A stretch of 64,000 bases of DNA from Schizochytrium sp. TIO01 (Eukaryota > Protista > Bigyra: Labyrinthulomycetes). Of this stretch, positions 28,899-39,917 are shown in pieces (positions within the stretch are counted from its first letter, which is position 1; each line of letters opens with the position of its first letter). Position numbers and translations under genes: made by a program. The DNA is taken from positions 62,001 through 126,000 of the forward strand of contig SMSO01000032.1 in assembly GCA_004764695.1 (NCBI GenBank), given 5' to 3'. The notes under the pieces are model-generated. The model saw only the letters and a program-made list of their open reading frames with translations. It did not search any database and was not told where the DNA came from.

Positions 28899-29716
28899 CG
28901 TGGCCGCGCAGGCTGGTTTATTATTGTGCTTCGTCGAGAATTGCACGAAATGGACAAAAATTGTGGGCTTTTTAGTTACTTTGCAAAAGGAAATTCATCC
29001 TTAGCCGATGCTCGGATAAACGGAAACCCAAGCGAGCCCAACCGAGGCTGAAGTGCTTTGCTTCAATTCTGTCAAGCACATCAGCTTTCGGGGCAACTGC
29101 AGATCTGCCGATCGAGACGACTCCGTACTTTTGGCTGCGCTTAGAAGGTTGAATCTGCGACCAACTATACGGTCGAAAAATATATATATATATATTCGCA
29201 ATGAAAAGACACAGTTCTATTACCCACTTTTGCTTGAGAATTAGAAGAATTTTATTTCTTTGAAATACAACGAAAGCTCCTTTTTCGTTCTCTTCACTTT
29301 GAAGTTCCACGTTCGAAGCAGGCAGCAGCAGTTGACGTCTGCTGTGGCCAGCAAACTCTCATCCGCGAAGACATTCGCCATACGAGATCAACGTCCCCCC
29401 TCTGTCTCGACCGCTTCACTGGGCTAGGCGTTGGCATACCTGTAGACCACATTGGCCGCCTAGACCGGCCAAAGTGCTCGTGTCGTGCATCTCGTCAATT
29501 TTCCACCCATTCAATCGACTCGGAAACCAAAGTTTTCACTACACCTGCTTCCTTCCTCCCTTCCTCGAGACACCTTGCTCGACACAAGCAGTTCCGCTTC
29601 GCTTCAAGTTTGCTTGACACCGTCTGGCCCATCGTCATCATAGCTTTGCACGTTGTGAACCCTCGCGAGGCCCTGCGAGCCACTTTTCAAAAGAGCAAAC
29701 CTCAACTTTGCTTTTT

Positions 29717-29753
29717 AAAACAAAACAAAACAAAACAAAACAAAACAAAACAA
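29717..29753. repeat. (AAAAC)n microsatellite
   Basis: About 7 AAAAC units. Confidence 0.9.
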
Positions 29754-30575
29754 GAGAATCGCGTTTTGATCTAATCGCAAATCGGCAAAAGCTAAACACT
29801 AGACAAGCTTTTGCCAAAGTCTTTCGCGGTGCGCCAGAGCCGTAGCAGTTTATTCCTTCATTGAGCTCGGTGGTGGCAGCGTCCTACGCAAGCGCAACTT
29901 TTCATCCTCGCACGAGGCACCTAGAACTCGTGCATACTCCATAGTCAGTAGCCCCGTGCATATAGCTGTGTCGAATATTGTACAGTGGCTCGTAATAGGC
30001 TGAGCGATTCGTTTGAGCTTGCGTTAACTCCTAAGCCAGTGGCGCAAGACGAGCTAGCAGAGCTTGAAGGATTAGAGCTGGGAGGCAATTGCTTCTTTCA
30101 TTTGGCGAAGAGGCTAGCTTTCGGTGCCTGGAAGACCAGAATCCTCACCAGTGAGATAAGATAAAGGCCTCGTGCAAGCATCTACATACAACCTCTCGTG
30201 CCTGTACCTGGGCTATTCCAAAAAGGGAGCAGGAATCTGTTTGGGACATCCACAATTTGACCTTTAGAGCAAGATCATCTTTAGTCTAGTAGTGCATTAG
30301 TCATATCAATAGCATCCTGTGGTTGTAGCCCGTGAGAAAGTTGTCCGCCTCCTAGACCCTTGATCACTGGGGGGAGTAAAACGCAGTATTGGTTCTGTGC
30401 TTGAGGCACAAGAAATAGGGCAAGTTTTCCTGCTCGCTCGTGCGACGATTGCGATTCTCTTACATAAGGAAAATCTCTGCCTTTTGTGTGACCAAACGTC
30501 TCAGAATTCAGTTACATCAGGAACCCTTTGATACCTTGCAAGCGCGCCGTGAAACAACAAGGGCGAAACTGATCA

Positions 30576-32477
30576 ATGTGGAGAACAATGCAGGTGACGA
30601 CTAGCGCCAAGCTAAGTACTATTTTTACAACCCTCGCGTTCTTTGCCAATTTTGTGGGCTGCGAAAGTATTGATCTTGTATTTTCTTTGAACTTTGCAAA
30701 TTTTACGCCTGCAGAGTTTGTTCCTCTACCTTCTATTGTTAGACAACATCGCCGTCGAGTGCGTAGCACCAACGAATTCACTCTTCCTATTGGTGACACC
30801 TCAGACGAAGAATGGCAGGCCTACTTCAAAGGTTTAATCATCGCTCCATTGGTGATGATCGTTATGTTTATTCTGTATTTTATCTTTCTCTGTGTACAGC
30901 CTTGCTGCTGCAGGTGCGCCCACCGCGTGAACCCCTCTGCACGATTCAAGGCCTATATTGTCTTTTGCATCCTCTGTGTAGGTAGTTTGATTGCTTGGGC
31001 GTTTTGCTTTGCTGTCAACAGTTCTGTACAGCAAGGTTTGAAGGAAGCGGATAGTAACATAGATGATTTACAAGCACTTCTGGGGAGATATGAAGACTTT
31101 CTTGAATCCGTCAAACCTATCATTAATTCAATCCGCGACAACATGACTTCTACTGAATCCGTGTGTAGTGATACCCTGAGTAACAACCCGGACGCTCAAG
31201 AGGCTGTCGATCAGGCAGTACAAACGATTGATAGTTACCTTGCTAGTGCAGAGTCGAGTATTGACCAAGCACTTGGCTACTTTCCGGATATCAGCTCCAC
31301 ACTTGATAATGCTTTTGATGCACGCACGGCTTCACTTGCAGCAAATATGATAATTCTAATGTGGGGTATCATCATGTTTGTCATGGTCTTGTTTTGGTTT
31401 ATTAGCACTTCTGTTCAATATCTTAATATTGGTGGATATCGCATGAAAGGGTACAAGCGTTGTCTCGCTCGCACCTCTTGCGTAACAATGCTTAGCATTG
31501 GTTTGCTGTTTTTAGCTTTGAGTATCATTGTCGCTGCGGCATTTCAGATGGCTTCGACTGCAGGCTCTGACGCATGTGCGCCTGGTCCTGATTTTACTAT
31601 ACAGCGGCTACTCTCTGCAACAACGGGGAGCCCTATTCTCGAAACACGTTCAACTAATGCCGAGGCAGCTCTCTGCACAGAAATCCCTGGATCGGGTAGT
31701 GATGCCAGCGAAATTCCTAGTGGAGTCGCGACTTTGCTTTGCTACTATCAGGTTTGCAACGGTGATAATGTCGTCCAGGATGCTCTTGAGCAGATTGCAA
31801 AGCTTGCTTCTGATAGCACCTGGCCTGCTTTGCCGACAAACACCTCGCGGGACTGCCGAGATTCGTACGCCATCTTGAATGCAACAACAACATTGAATGC
31901 CGTGCAGGTTGTTCAAGGGGCTGTCTCATTATTTCAGTGCAAAACTTTAAATGACATTTACGTCAGCATCGTGCACTCTACTATTTGCACGCACGTTGTC
32001 CCGGCAACAGTTCAAGCATGGCAGTATCTTTTGGCAGGTAGCACTATTATCCTGTGCGCCTTGGCTTTACACCAACATTTTAATCTTTTTCAAACAAGAG
32101 ACCACATTTTCCCTGGAGATACTCGTGGAATGTATGGAGCTGGTCACACCAACTCAACAGACTTTGATACGCCAGACGAAGGCACGCATGCCGACGCTCT
32201 CGACGCGTACTACTCACGCCCCTCGTCTATGCTCGCTGGCACCTTGCCTACCGCAACACCAGAACCAGGCGCCTCATCTGCTAAAGCTGTGCCGCTGGAT
32301 TCGCCGAGTGGGTCAACTGGCACTTCTCCACAAAGCACAAGCAATGCGGCTGCAGTTACTCTCGACTTGAATTCTCCATATTCAGAGGGTGGAGAGTCTT
32401 ATGCATCGGGAAGTTCATCGAGTGCAGCCAGCGATTCTGTTTCGCCAAAAGAACAGACCTCTCTAGTCATGCTGTAA
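30576..32477 (+). CDS. Tweety (TTYH) family 5-TM protein
   Basis: N-terminal FVPLPSIVRQH..DEEWQAYF, Cys cluster CCCRC after TM1, large helical ectodomain, SDACAPGPD, YYQVC, CKTLNDIY..TIC before TM5, Ser/Thr-rich tail. Confidence 0.8.
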   Translation: MWRTMQVTTSAKLSTIFTTLAFFANFVGCESIDLVFSLNFANFTPAEFVPLPSIVRQHRRRVRSTNEFTLPIGDTSDEEWQAYFKGLIIAPLVMIVMFILYFIFLCVQPCCCRCAHRVNPSARFKAYIVFCILCVGSLIAWAFCFAVNSSVQQGLKEADSNIDDLQALLGRYEDFLESVKPIINSIRDNMTSTESVCSDTLSNNPDAQEAVDQAVQTIDSYLASAESSIDQALGYFPDISSTLDNAFDARTASLAANMIILMWGIIMFVMVLFWFISTSVQYLNIGGYRMKGYKRCLARTSCVTMLSIGLLFLALSIIVAAAFQMASTAGSDACAPGPDFTIQRLLSATTGSPILETRSTNAEAALCTEIPGSGSDASEIPSGVATLLCYYQVCNGDNVVQDALEQIAKLASDSTWPALPTNTSRDCRDSYAILNATTTLNAVQVVQGAVSLFQCKTLNDIYVSIVHSTICTHVVPATVQAWQYLLAGSTIILCALALHQHFNLFQTRDHIFPGDTRGMYGAGHTNSTDFDTPDEGTHADALDAYYSRPSSMLAGTLPTATPEPGASSAKAVPLDSPSGSTGTSPQSTSNAAAVTLDLNSPYSEGGESYASGSSSSAASDSVSPKEQTSLVML

Positions 32478-32672
32478 GACGAGATAAGGTATAAGAGAAC
32501 AGCGTATGTGGGATTCTATTAGGTAGATTTGTCAGTATCAAGTGTCGTCACACGAATGTAAAATAAGCCTGTCTTTGATTTTCATATTGAAATTACTTTT
32601 CTGCCTTCGTGAACAGATTTATCATTTAAGACATACAATACAAAATATGTTGAATTTTACATAAAGCTATTC

Positions 32673-35600
32673 TTAGGTAAATAGGTCATCAATATCGTCA
32701 TCATCATCGTCAAAAGGGTCACGATCAGCCATTTGCTTACTCTCACAGGCGTTGGCAGTAGTAGCATCTTTTTCTTTGCTTCGTTGATGTCCTCCATCTT
32801 CGTGGTGCTCAAACTCGTCGTCTGACTCTTGGATTTCCTCAATTTGATCATCATCGTCAAGACAACCTGAATCATCGGACTCATTGAACTCAAAAGGTTG
32901 CATACCTGCCGATCCTGTTGCCGCATCAAGCTGAGCTTGGGCTCGACTCGAAACTAATGCTGCTACTGCTGATGATGTCCCGGCAGATGTAGTAGATTTA
33001 GATGGCTTTCGAGACCGCCTGGCTTTTTTAGATCGCTTCACGCGCTGACGCCGATACTGTGTAGATTGATTCGAAGAAGACGCACCGGGAATCAAGGGTT
33101 TACGCTTCAATCTACTTGTGTTGCATTGAGTCGGAAGATCCAAAAGATTGTCTTGATTTTGATCGCCATTCTCGGCTTCATCATCATCTCCGTGTCGGCT
33201 TCTTTTCTTTGCAGTTGGTGACGATGACTGTGAAGAAGACGAAGACGACGGGAATTTGCGACGACGAGGCGAGGAAGCTGGACCTAGCAAGGAAGAGATA
33301 CCGCCTGGATCATCGTCACTGACCTCCTCCAGGTCTTCCACAATGGCATCATCATCTTCAATCTCATTAGCGCTTCCTTCATCTGCATCTTGTTTCGTTT
33401 CAGAGAGAAATTGTCCAGGGTCCCACCACTGTCCTGAATCCTCCTGATTCTGCGAATCAATGTTTCCGGCATCCTGCGGCTGCATTGTGGGCTGGTCTGG
33501 CTCTCGTGGAATATCAAAGGTATAATCTAAGTCCAGCATGTATGCAGTTACGTGCTGAGCCTTTGCAATAGGTTCGAGATGCCCAAGGCCAAGCTCTTGA
33601 AGAACTCCGAGCGTGCGATCCAGCATATCTTCTTCCGGGGCTTCAGGAAAGGACATATCATCTAAACTGTCCTCCGGCGTTGGTGTTCGCATAGACTCTT
33701 CAATTAGTATTATAGAGACAACTGCATCCATAATGACCACAGTTTGGCGTGCCATAAGTCTTGCGTGCGCTTTTGCAAGACGAATGAGTGCTTCCAGTAG
33801 GCGCAAGGTGGTTCTTCCAGCATCTTGACCACCGCTTACATTCCGGCTACGTTGTGCTTTGTAGTAGGCTGTAAGAACCTGACCCGCCTCTGGTGTAAGC
33901 TGAGGATTGAAGCGTTTCAGGAATGTCAAATATGCCTGAAACGTGTCCACATTCCATAACCCTAGACCTGGATTTACACTGTGAGATCGATCACCCTTCC
34001 ATGTTTTCTGCGATCCAAATGCATTTGCAGACAAATTATCATCATCGTCATCGTCCTCGACTTCAATGTCGTCGCATTCATCAGTATTGTTACTAAGGGA
34101 CTTTATTTGCTGCGAAAGACCAGCTTGGGCGCGCAAGATGAATTCCGAAACTGTTTGGTCCCATCGGGGATCGGGTCTATCCAAAAGAATCAAAACCATG
34201 TCAAAGCGTGAAAGTAGAGGCGGCGCAATTCCTGTGTTTGTGGAGAGGGATTCGTTGGAGTCATACCGACCTCGCGGGTTTGTAGCTGCAATTAATGTTG
34301 TGCGCGTTTTGAGAGAACAAACGAGTCCTGCTTTGGCAACGCTGAGGGTCTGTTGCTCCATGGCTTCATGGATAGTTGCCCGGTCATGCTGCCGAATAGA
34401 GCCAAACTCATCAATACAACAAACTCCACGATCTGCGAGCACCAAAGCACCAGCCTCCAGCATAAACTCGTGACCTTCTTTCACAGCAGAACATGTGAGT
34501 CCTGCACTTGTTGTACCTGTGCCGGTTGTAAGCACTGACCGCGGGGCCAGCTTCGCTGCGTAGCGCAAGAATTGACTTTTGCCAGTACCAGGGTCTCCAA
34601 CAAGCAAAAGGTGTGGTTCACCTCGTACGCGCGTCCCGCCGCGATCCACAAATGCAGGAGACCCCACTAGCGAGAGAGCTACAGCAAGTTTTACAGTGAA
34701 CATGCCATAAACCTGTGGGCAAATGCTGCCAACAATGAGGTTCCGAGCATGCATCGGGCGTTTCCGCCTTCGAGCCCACTTACGCCAGAACTGACGGAAC
34801 TTGGACTCGATTTCTTCCGTGAGTAAGACTCCATTGCTCGACGCGTTGACAACAGATATTGTATTTGCATCAATGACAGTTTCCAAGTTGCACCGTTCTT
34901 CTACATATGTTGCACTCCATCTGCTGATCGGCACACCAGTGATGACAACATCATCACCAGCCTTGCACTTGTCAACCAAGTCATGGAGCGCTAGCACAGT
35001 GATGGATCGCGGTATGGAACCCATCCCGAGCTTCTGCACTTGTTCCTGGATCTTGAGTTCCTGGTAATCGTGGCAGATTGCGCGTTCCTTAAGCTCTGTA
35101 TATGAGCTAGATCTGTGGCATGTAGGGCATGGACCAGTTGGTTTTTCAATAATGCTGCCAACCTCATGCTTGCTGGCAAATACGCGTACGAGGCCCACGC
35201 ACTTGTCATTGTTACACTCAAACACGCGCACCGCCTCTAGAACTTTGATGCTTCCCGATCTCGTTACAGTGCCGCTCACCTGTACAAATGCATTTACATC
35301 CACGGATCTGATAGAACTGATGTTTGGTTTTCGATTAGCTCCAGGTAGCCATTGCACGCGAGCATGTATATTGCGTTTGATTGAGAGTGGCATTGAAGAC
35401 GGGCTCGAGGGAGGCGAGTTTGAAGATGACGACGATGAAGATGACGATTCTGTCCTAAGAGCGCCTGATTCAACTAGTCTTTCCTGTTCTGACACCAGGG
35501 CTCTACTTAGCAGGTTGAGCATGGTCTCCGGGTATCTGAGCAGCAAGTGTCCGAGAAGGTAGTCGTCGTCCAGGAGAGTCTTGGCATCAACGTAGAGACC

Positions 35601-35771
35601 ATAGTGGGCGTCTGCGTTTTCGTCGCGCAAGATTTCCTCCAGCTGTGGCCTGAAGACACCCGAGGCATCGCGCTCTACAAGTCGCTCGAAAAGCTGTAAG
35701 TACTCTTCCTGTTCCACGACGTCCTGCGCATTGCCGGCCCCGTCACGTCCTTCCGGGCCCCGCGGCGCCAT
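32673..35771 (-). CDS. MCM9: DNA helicase MCM9
   Basis: Walker A GDPGTGKSQFL, LEAGALVLADRGVCCIDEF, IHEAMEQQTLSVAKAGLVCSL, arginine finger LLSRFD, RTTLRLLEALIRLAKAHARLM, C4 zinc finger, long disordered C-tail. First ATG at 35771; the track start is TTG. Confidence 0.9.
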   Translation of the reverse strand: MAPRGPEGRDGAGNAQDVVEQEEYLQLFERLVERDASGVFRPQLEEILRDENADAHYGLYVDAKTLLDDDYLLGHLLLRYPETMLNLLSRALVSEQERLVESGALRTESSSSSSSSSNSPPSSPSSMPLSIKRNIHARVQWLPGANRKPNISSIRSVDVNAFVQVSGTVTRSGSIKVLEAVRVFECNNDKCVGLVRVFASKHEVGSIIEKPTGPCPTCHRSSSYTELKERAICHDYQELKIQEQVQKLGMGSIPRSITVLALHDLVDKCKAGDDVVITGVPISRWSATYVEERCNLETVIDANTISVVNASSNGVLLTEEIESKFRQFWRKWARRRKRPMHARNLIVGSICPQVYGMFTVKLAVALSLVGSPAFVDRGGTRVRGEPHLLLVGDPGTGKSQFLRYAAKLAPRSVLTTGTGTTSAGLTCSAVKEGHEFMLEAGALVLADRGVCCIDEFGSIRQHDRATIHEAMEQQTLSVAKAGLVCSLKTRTTLIAATNPRGRYDSNESLSTNTGIAPPLLSRFDMVLILLDRPDPRWDQTVSEFILRAQAGLSQQIKSLSNNTDECDDIEVEDDDDDDNLSANAFGSQKTWKGDRSHSVNPGLGLWNVDTFQAYLTFLKRFNPQLTPEAGQVLTAYYKAQRSRNVSGGQDAGRTTLRLLEALIRLAKAHARLMARQTVVIMDAVVSIILIEESMRTPTPEDSLDDMSFPEAPEEDMLDRTLGVLQELGLGHLEPIAKAQHVTAYMLDLDYTFDIPREPDQPTMQPQDAGNIDSQNQEDSGQWWDPGQFLSETKQDADEGSANEIEDDDAIVEDLEEVSDDDPGGISSLLGPASSPRRRKFPSSSSSSQSSSPTAKKRSRHGDDDEAENGDQNQDNLLDLPTQCNTSRLKRKPLIPGASSSNQSTQYRRQRVKRSKKARRSRKPSKSTTSAGTSSAVAALVSSRAQAQLDAATGSAGMQPFEFNESDDSGCLDDDDQIEEIQESDDEFEHHEDGGHQRSKEKDATTANACESKQMADRDPFDDDDDDIDDLFT

Positions 35772-37234
35772 GGCAGATGCGTAGCTGGCCTCAGTGACGC
35801 CTAAAGTGTCTTCTGCGAGCCCGTTCCGCAATAAGTTTTGATCTCAGGTTCGTTCGTTCTATTGGCCTCATATCGCAGAATTCAACTTAACCACCTCTTG
35901 AAGAGTACAGTACATATATGGAATCCTCGTCTATCATTTTAAGAACGTTTCTTGATGCTGTTTCCGAATCATTTGCGCTTTCTTGCAATTCAGTCTGCGA
36001 AATGCTTATCGCTCTCTTTCTTCGCGTTGCTTGGTTGCGTTCCGCTCAAAGAGCTCTGACCCTTCACCAGCCTTTTTGTTCTTCTCCATTGTGATTTCGT
36101 TTCTTTCTTCGAAGTTCGGAAAGAACTTGAAAGTGATTGTATTATTTTATTTGTAATAAATAGAATGATTTATTATCATTAATAAAATAATAATTATTTA
36201 TTATTTATATTTATTTTCCTTTTCTACTTTTTTAACTTTGCCGAATACTGTTCGTTTGCGGTCGCAGTGCTTGCTGAGCTGACCCCTGCGGGACAGACCC
36301 GTGACGGCGACACGCAGCCTTCAGGCTATCTTCTGGGGCCTCTGGTGTCAAGTTGCGTCCATCGATATCCCGTAAAACCTTCGGTTGGCTCATTTGCGTC
36401 AGTTCTGAGGTCCTAACATCGATCGAGAGTTCCACAACTTGACGAACTTAAGCAAGTTTGTTCTGCAGAGCAGCTGCTGCTTGAGCTTAGGTATGCTGCC
36501 TGCCGATCGCGAGTTAAGAACAACCTTAAGGCATCGGTCGCATCCATGAAAGACTCTTGGGACAACGCCATCATGAATACCGACTTCTAGCGCAAGAACC
36601 CCGATTGCAGGAGCTCCGAACAAAACCAAACTGCACACCGTTTGTCCTAAATCTATCTGCAAGAATGCCCTTGAGGTTGCATAGCGTTGCTACCGTTGTT
36701 GCAAACTCGCACGGTTTGTACGCATTTTACAGAACCTAGAACATGATGGAAGGAGAGTTCCAGTAGTAAGCACTCAAGTGCAGTCGCTTGCGATGTTGAA
36801 GACCGCATTTGTGTGAACGATGCCCTCGTTAGGGTCGTTGCAGTCTCTTTCTGATGTTTGGTCTTGCTTGCTTTTCACGATTATGGCACCAAAGATTCAG
36901 ATAAAATCACCGTCTCTCGATCGAAAGACATGTGGCTTTACTGGTTCGACAGCAGATTGAAAACATGTCTCTGCGGGAAGTATCTTGTAAACCTCTCGGG
37001 GAATCTTGCATAATTATCTCCGCAAGTCTTGAAGCCTCCTTTCCTCCACTTCGCTTCATCGGCTCCAAACGCGGATCTTGATTTTCCTAGCTCTAGAGAG
37101 AGATCAATCCCACGACGCAATACCCTGCTTTCTTTGGCACGAGATTACACCTCAATTACCTGTTCGCAGTAATAGCAAGAGCTCCTGACTTGATGACCTC
37201 AGGTATTACTATCTGCTCCCTCTCTTATCCTAGT

Positions 37235-37331
37235 TTATCTTATCTTATCTTATCTTATCTTATCTTATCTTATCTTATCTTATCTTATCTTATCTTATCT
37301 TATCTTATCTTATCTTATTATCTTATCTTAT
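37235..37331. repeat. (TTATC)n microsatellite
   Basis: About 18 TTATC units with one interruption. Confidence 0.95.
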
Positions 37332-38547
37332 CGTCTTCTCTCTTTCTATGCGTGTATTTATAAAATCTTCTCAATGCAATTTTTCATAAACTCGACTTTT
37401 CCTTCGCGTGCCCTGTGCTTAATAACGTGCACATGTGCACATACATTTTGGGCGGTGTAAAGTCCACGGATCATGATGTCCACGGGTCCAAACTCGTCTA
37501 CACCAGAACATCAACTTGTCTCAACTCAGAAGTACTTTGCCTTCGTACTCGCTAGCGAGATAGAGACTGCAGCCCACACACTCACTTCCGCCATGGCAGC
37601 CAAACAAGCGCCGCTATCGATAGATGGAGGCTCGAAATGAATGTAGATTTGCAGATCTATTGTGTACCCCAGTCCTAGTTCCCCAAGAAGTGCATGTAGA
37701 ACGCAAAAGACGCCAATGCATCACTCAATGTCAATCAATGAATGAACCATCTTAAGCCAAGTGAGTTAGTTATCTTTGATGTTAAACCACGAAAAGATGA
37801 AGTTTCTCCTGTAGTTACAGGTACTTCTTCGACCCGAAGTGTAACTTTATGAGGGATAATCAATCAATCAATCTCTGCCCTCCTGCTTAGCCTTCTTAGG
37901 CTCTCCATCGGCCGCCGATATCTTCCACGCACGGGTGGCCGACTGCTCCAAAGAGCGAGCGAGGTTTCTTTTCGCTCAAAACCAGCTTAAGGATCTCTGC
38001 GGAGTCGGTCGATCGTGCGAAAGGCGCCTCGAAAACCCACTGCAAGTGATCCCAACTCGAAGACCATTTCAAGAAGTATTCTAAAAAAACCAATAATAGA
38101 AATACTTATTTATTTTTAATATAAATTAAAATAAAGAATAAATTAAAAATCCCAACTATCATTAGGTAATCAATCGATAATGGGTCCATAGGCACTTGCT
38201 TGCTTGATTTGAGAACTGACCCTGCATTCAGGGTCCATGACCCTGCATTTATTTGCAGAGCGAGTAAAAGCACCGTTCGCAGACAGTTTACACAAAGGAC
38301 AAAGGGAGCGTGAGCGGGATGCTGTGGCGAATAGCATCATCGATGGCGCTGCCAATTTGTTGTGTGTATGCAGGCGGTGCCTTCCGAGTAATTCAGGGCA
38401 AGAGTCTCGCCGTCCATCCCGACTACAGCCAGGCTGGTCTCGTCTTGCTTTTCAGCTTCCTTGCGAGGACGCAACCAGGGAGGAATCAGCCTCAGCCCAG
38501 CCAGCCCGGCTCGCTGGGGCGGAGGGGAGTCTCATTGCAGGCAGGTA

Positions 38548-38765
38548 CAATCAATTGCAATTGCAAACATTGCGATCAATTTCAATTGCAAACATTGCGA
38601 TCAATTTCAATTGCATCGAGTTTGCGATTGCAATTATCGATTACAGTTGATTAATTGTGATCGATAAACGCAATTAATTGCAATCGATAATTGCAATTGC
38701 AAACACATTTAACTAACTAATTGCAATTTACTGGGTTAAAGGGCGATGATAAATTGCAATTGCGA
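38548..38765. repeat. Palindrome-rich element: 25-bp tandem repeat plus 23-bp inverted repeat
   Basis: caattgcaaacattgcgatcaattt x2.3 (38558-38615). Inverted repeat 38620-38642 / 38682-38704 with 1 mismatch. Confidence 0.85.
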
Positions 38766-39803
38766 TTACTTTGAAAGAAGGCCAAACGAACGAGAACAAC
38801 GATGTGCCGCTGCTGATGCTGAGCGCCTGCTCCTTCACGCACAGCGAGACCGCAGGTTAAAGCGGGGCTGGCAGGCTGAATTCGAGACACGCACGGCCGT
38901 TTCTTCGCCCCGCTCCGTTACCGCTCACCAAAACATAACACGCACTCATTGTAGAGCGGCTTCACCATCAAATTTCACGATATCGAGAAGCATCTTGAAG
39001 AAGCCATGGCATGCCATGGCACGGGCGTGTAGAGGAGCTCGATCCTCTCTGCACTCGGCCACTTGAAGCGATGTAAAGCCGTATTTGTCCTCTACGAACA
39101 GCAAGCGCTCTCTCGAAATCGATCGATTCGCAAAACTTGGGATTTAAGGTTTCAGTTTATGGGTGCCTTTTCGAACGAGCAAAACCAGACCAAAGCAGAG
39201 ACAAACCACCGCCATCGAGTTTCCTTTCTCGAGTCGTCGCGCATCTCTGGCGCAAGGAGAACCAAGGAAACCTGCTCTCATGGCGGCTGCAAAAGTTCTC
39301 CATGGCCACCTCGCTCCACCACACAGCCAACCGCGAGTTTACAGTCACCACGACCACCTCAAAACTAACCCGACTCTCGCCAAGAATCAGACAGTCACAA
39401 ACAAATCAATGCCTCCACAACAGCTCAACACGAAATGAATGGAACGGAGTTCTCCAGCGCCTAAAATCCTTTGCAAACTATAATTATGCACCTTAACAGC
39501 GCAGGTTCCTGCTTACAGCCAACTATTTCATTGCGCTCAACGTTGCGCCGCTCTTGAAGTTCTCCAAGCTCGCTTTGCGCATTCTTGCGACTTTGATGAC
39601 GCTGCCGATGACGATGCCTTGTTAGCTCTACGTCAATGAAACCCGCAATCTACAATCCCAACGAAGCAATAATGCACATCTCAAAGGAATTCCGTCTCTG
39701 CGCAGTCGCCGACATCAGAAACACCCGAGTCATCCAGAGTGAACGCGATGGTCTTCTCAACCTCAACCTCCATAATCTCAATCTCGTCCTCATTCCCGTT
39801 CAC

Positions 39804-39917
39804 ATTCATTCATTCATCATTCATTCATTCATATTCATTCATTCATTCATTCATTCATTCATTCATTCATTCATTCATCATTCATTCATTCATTTATTTG
39901 TTTATTTGTTCATTCAT
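39804..39917. repeat. (ATTC)n microsatellite, imperfect
   Basis: Long cattcatt run. Confidence 0.9.

Noticed and set aside
38558-38615. CRISPR-like array interpretation of the 25-bp repeat
   Set aside because: The repeats are directly adjacent with no spacers, there are no cas genes, and the context is eukaryotic.
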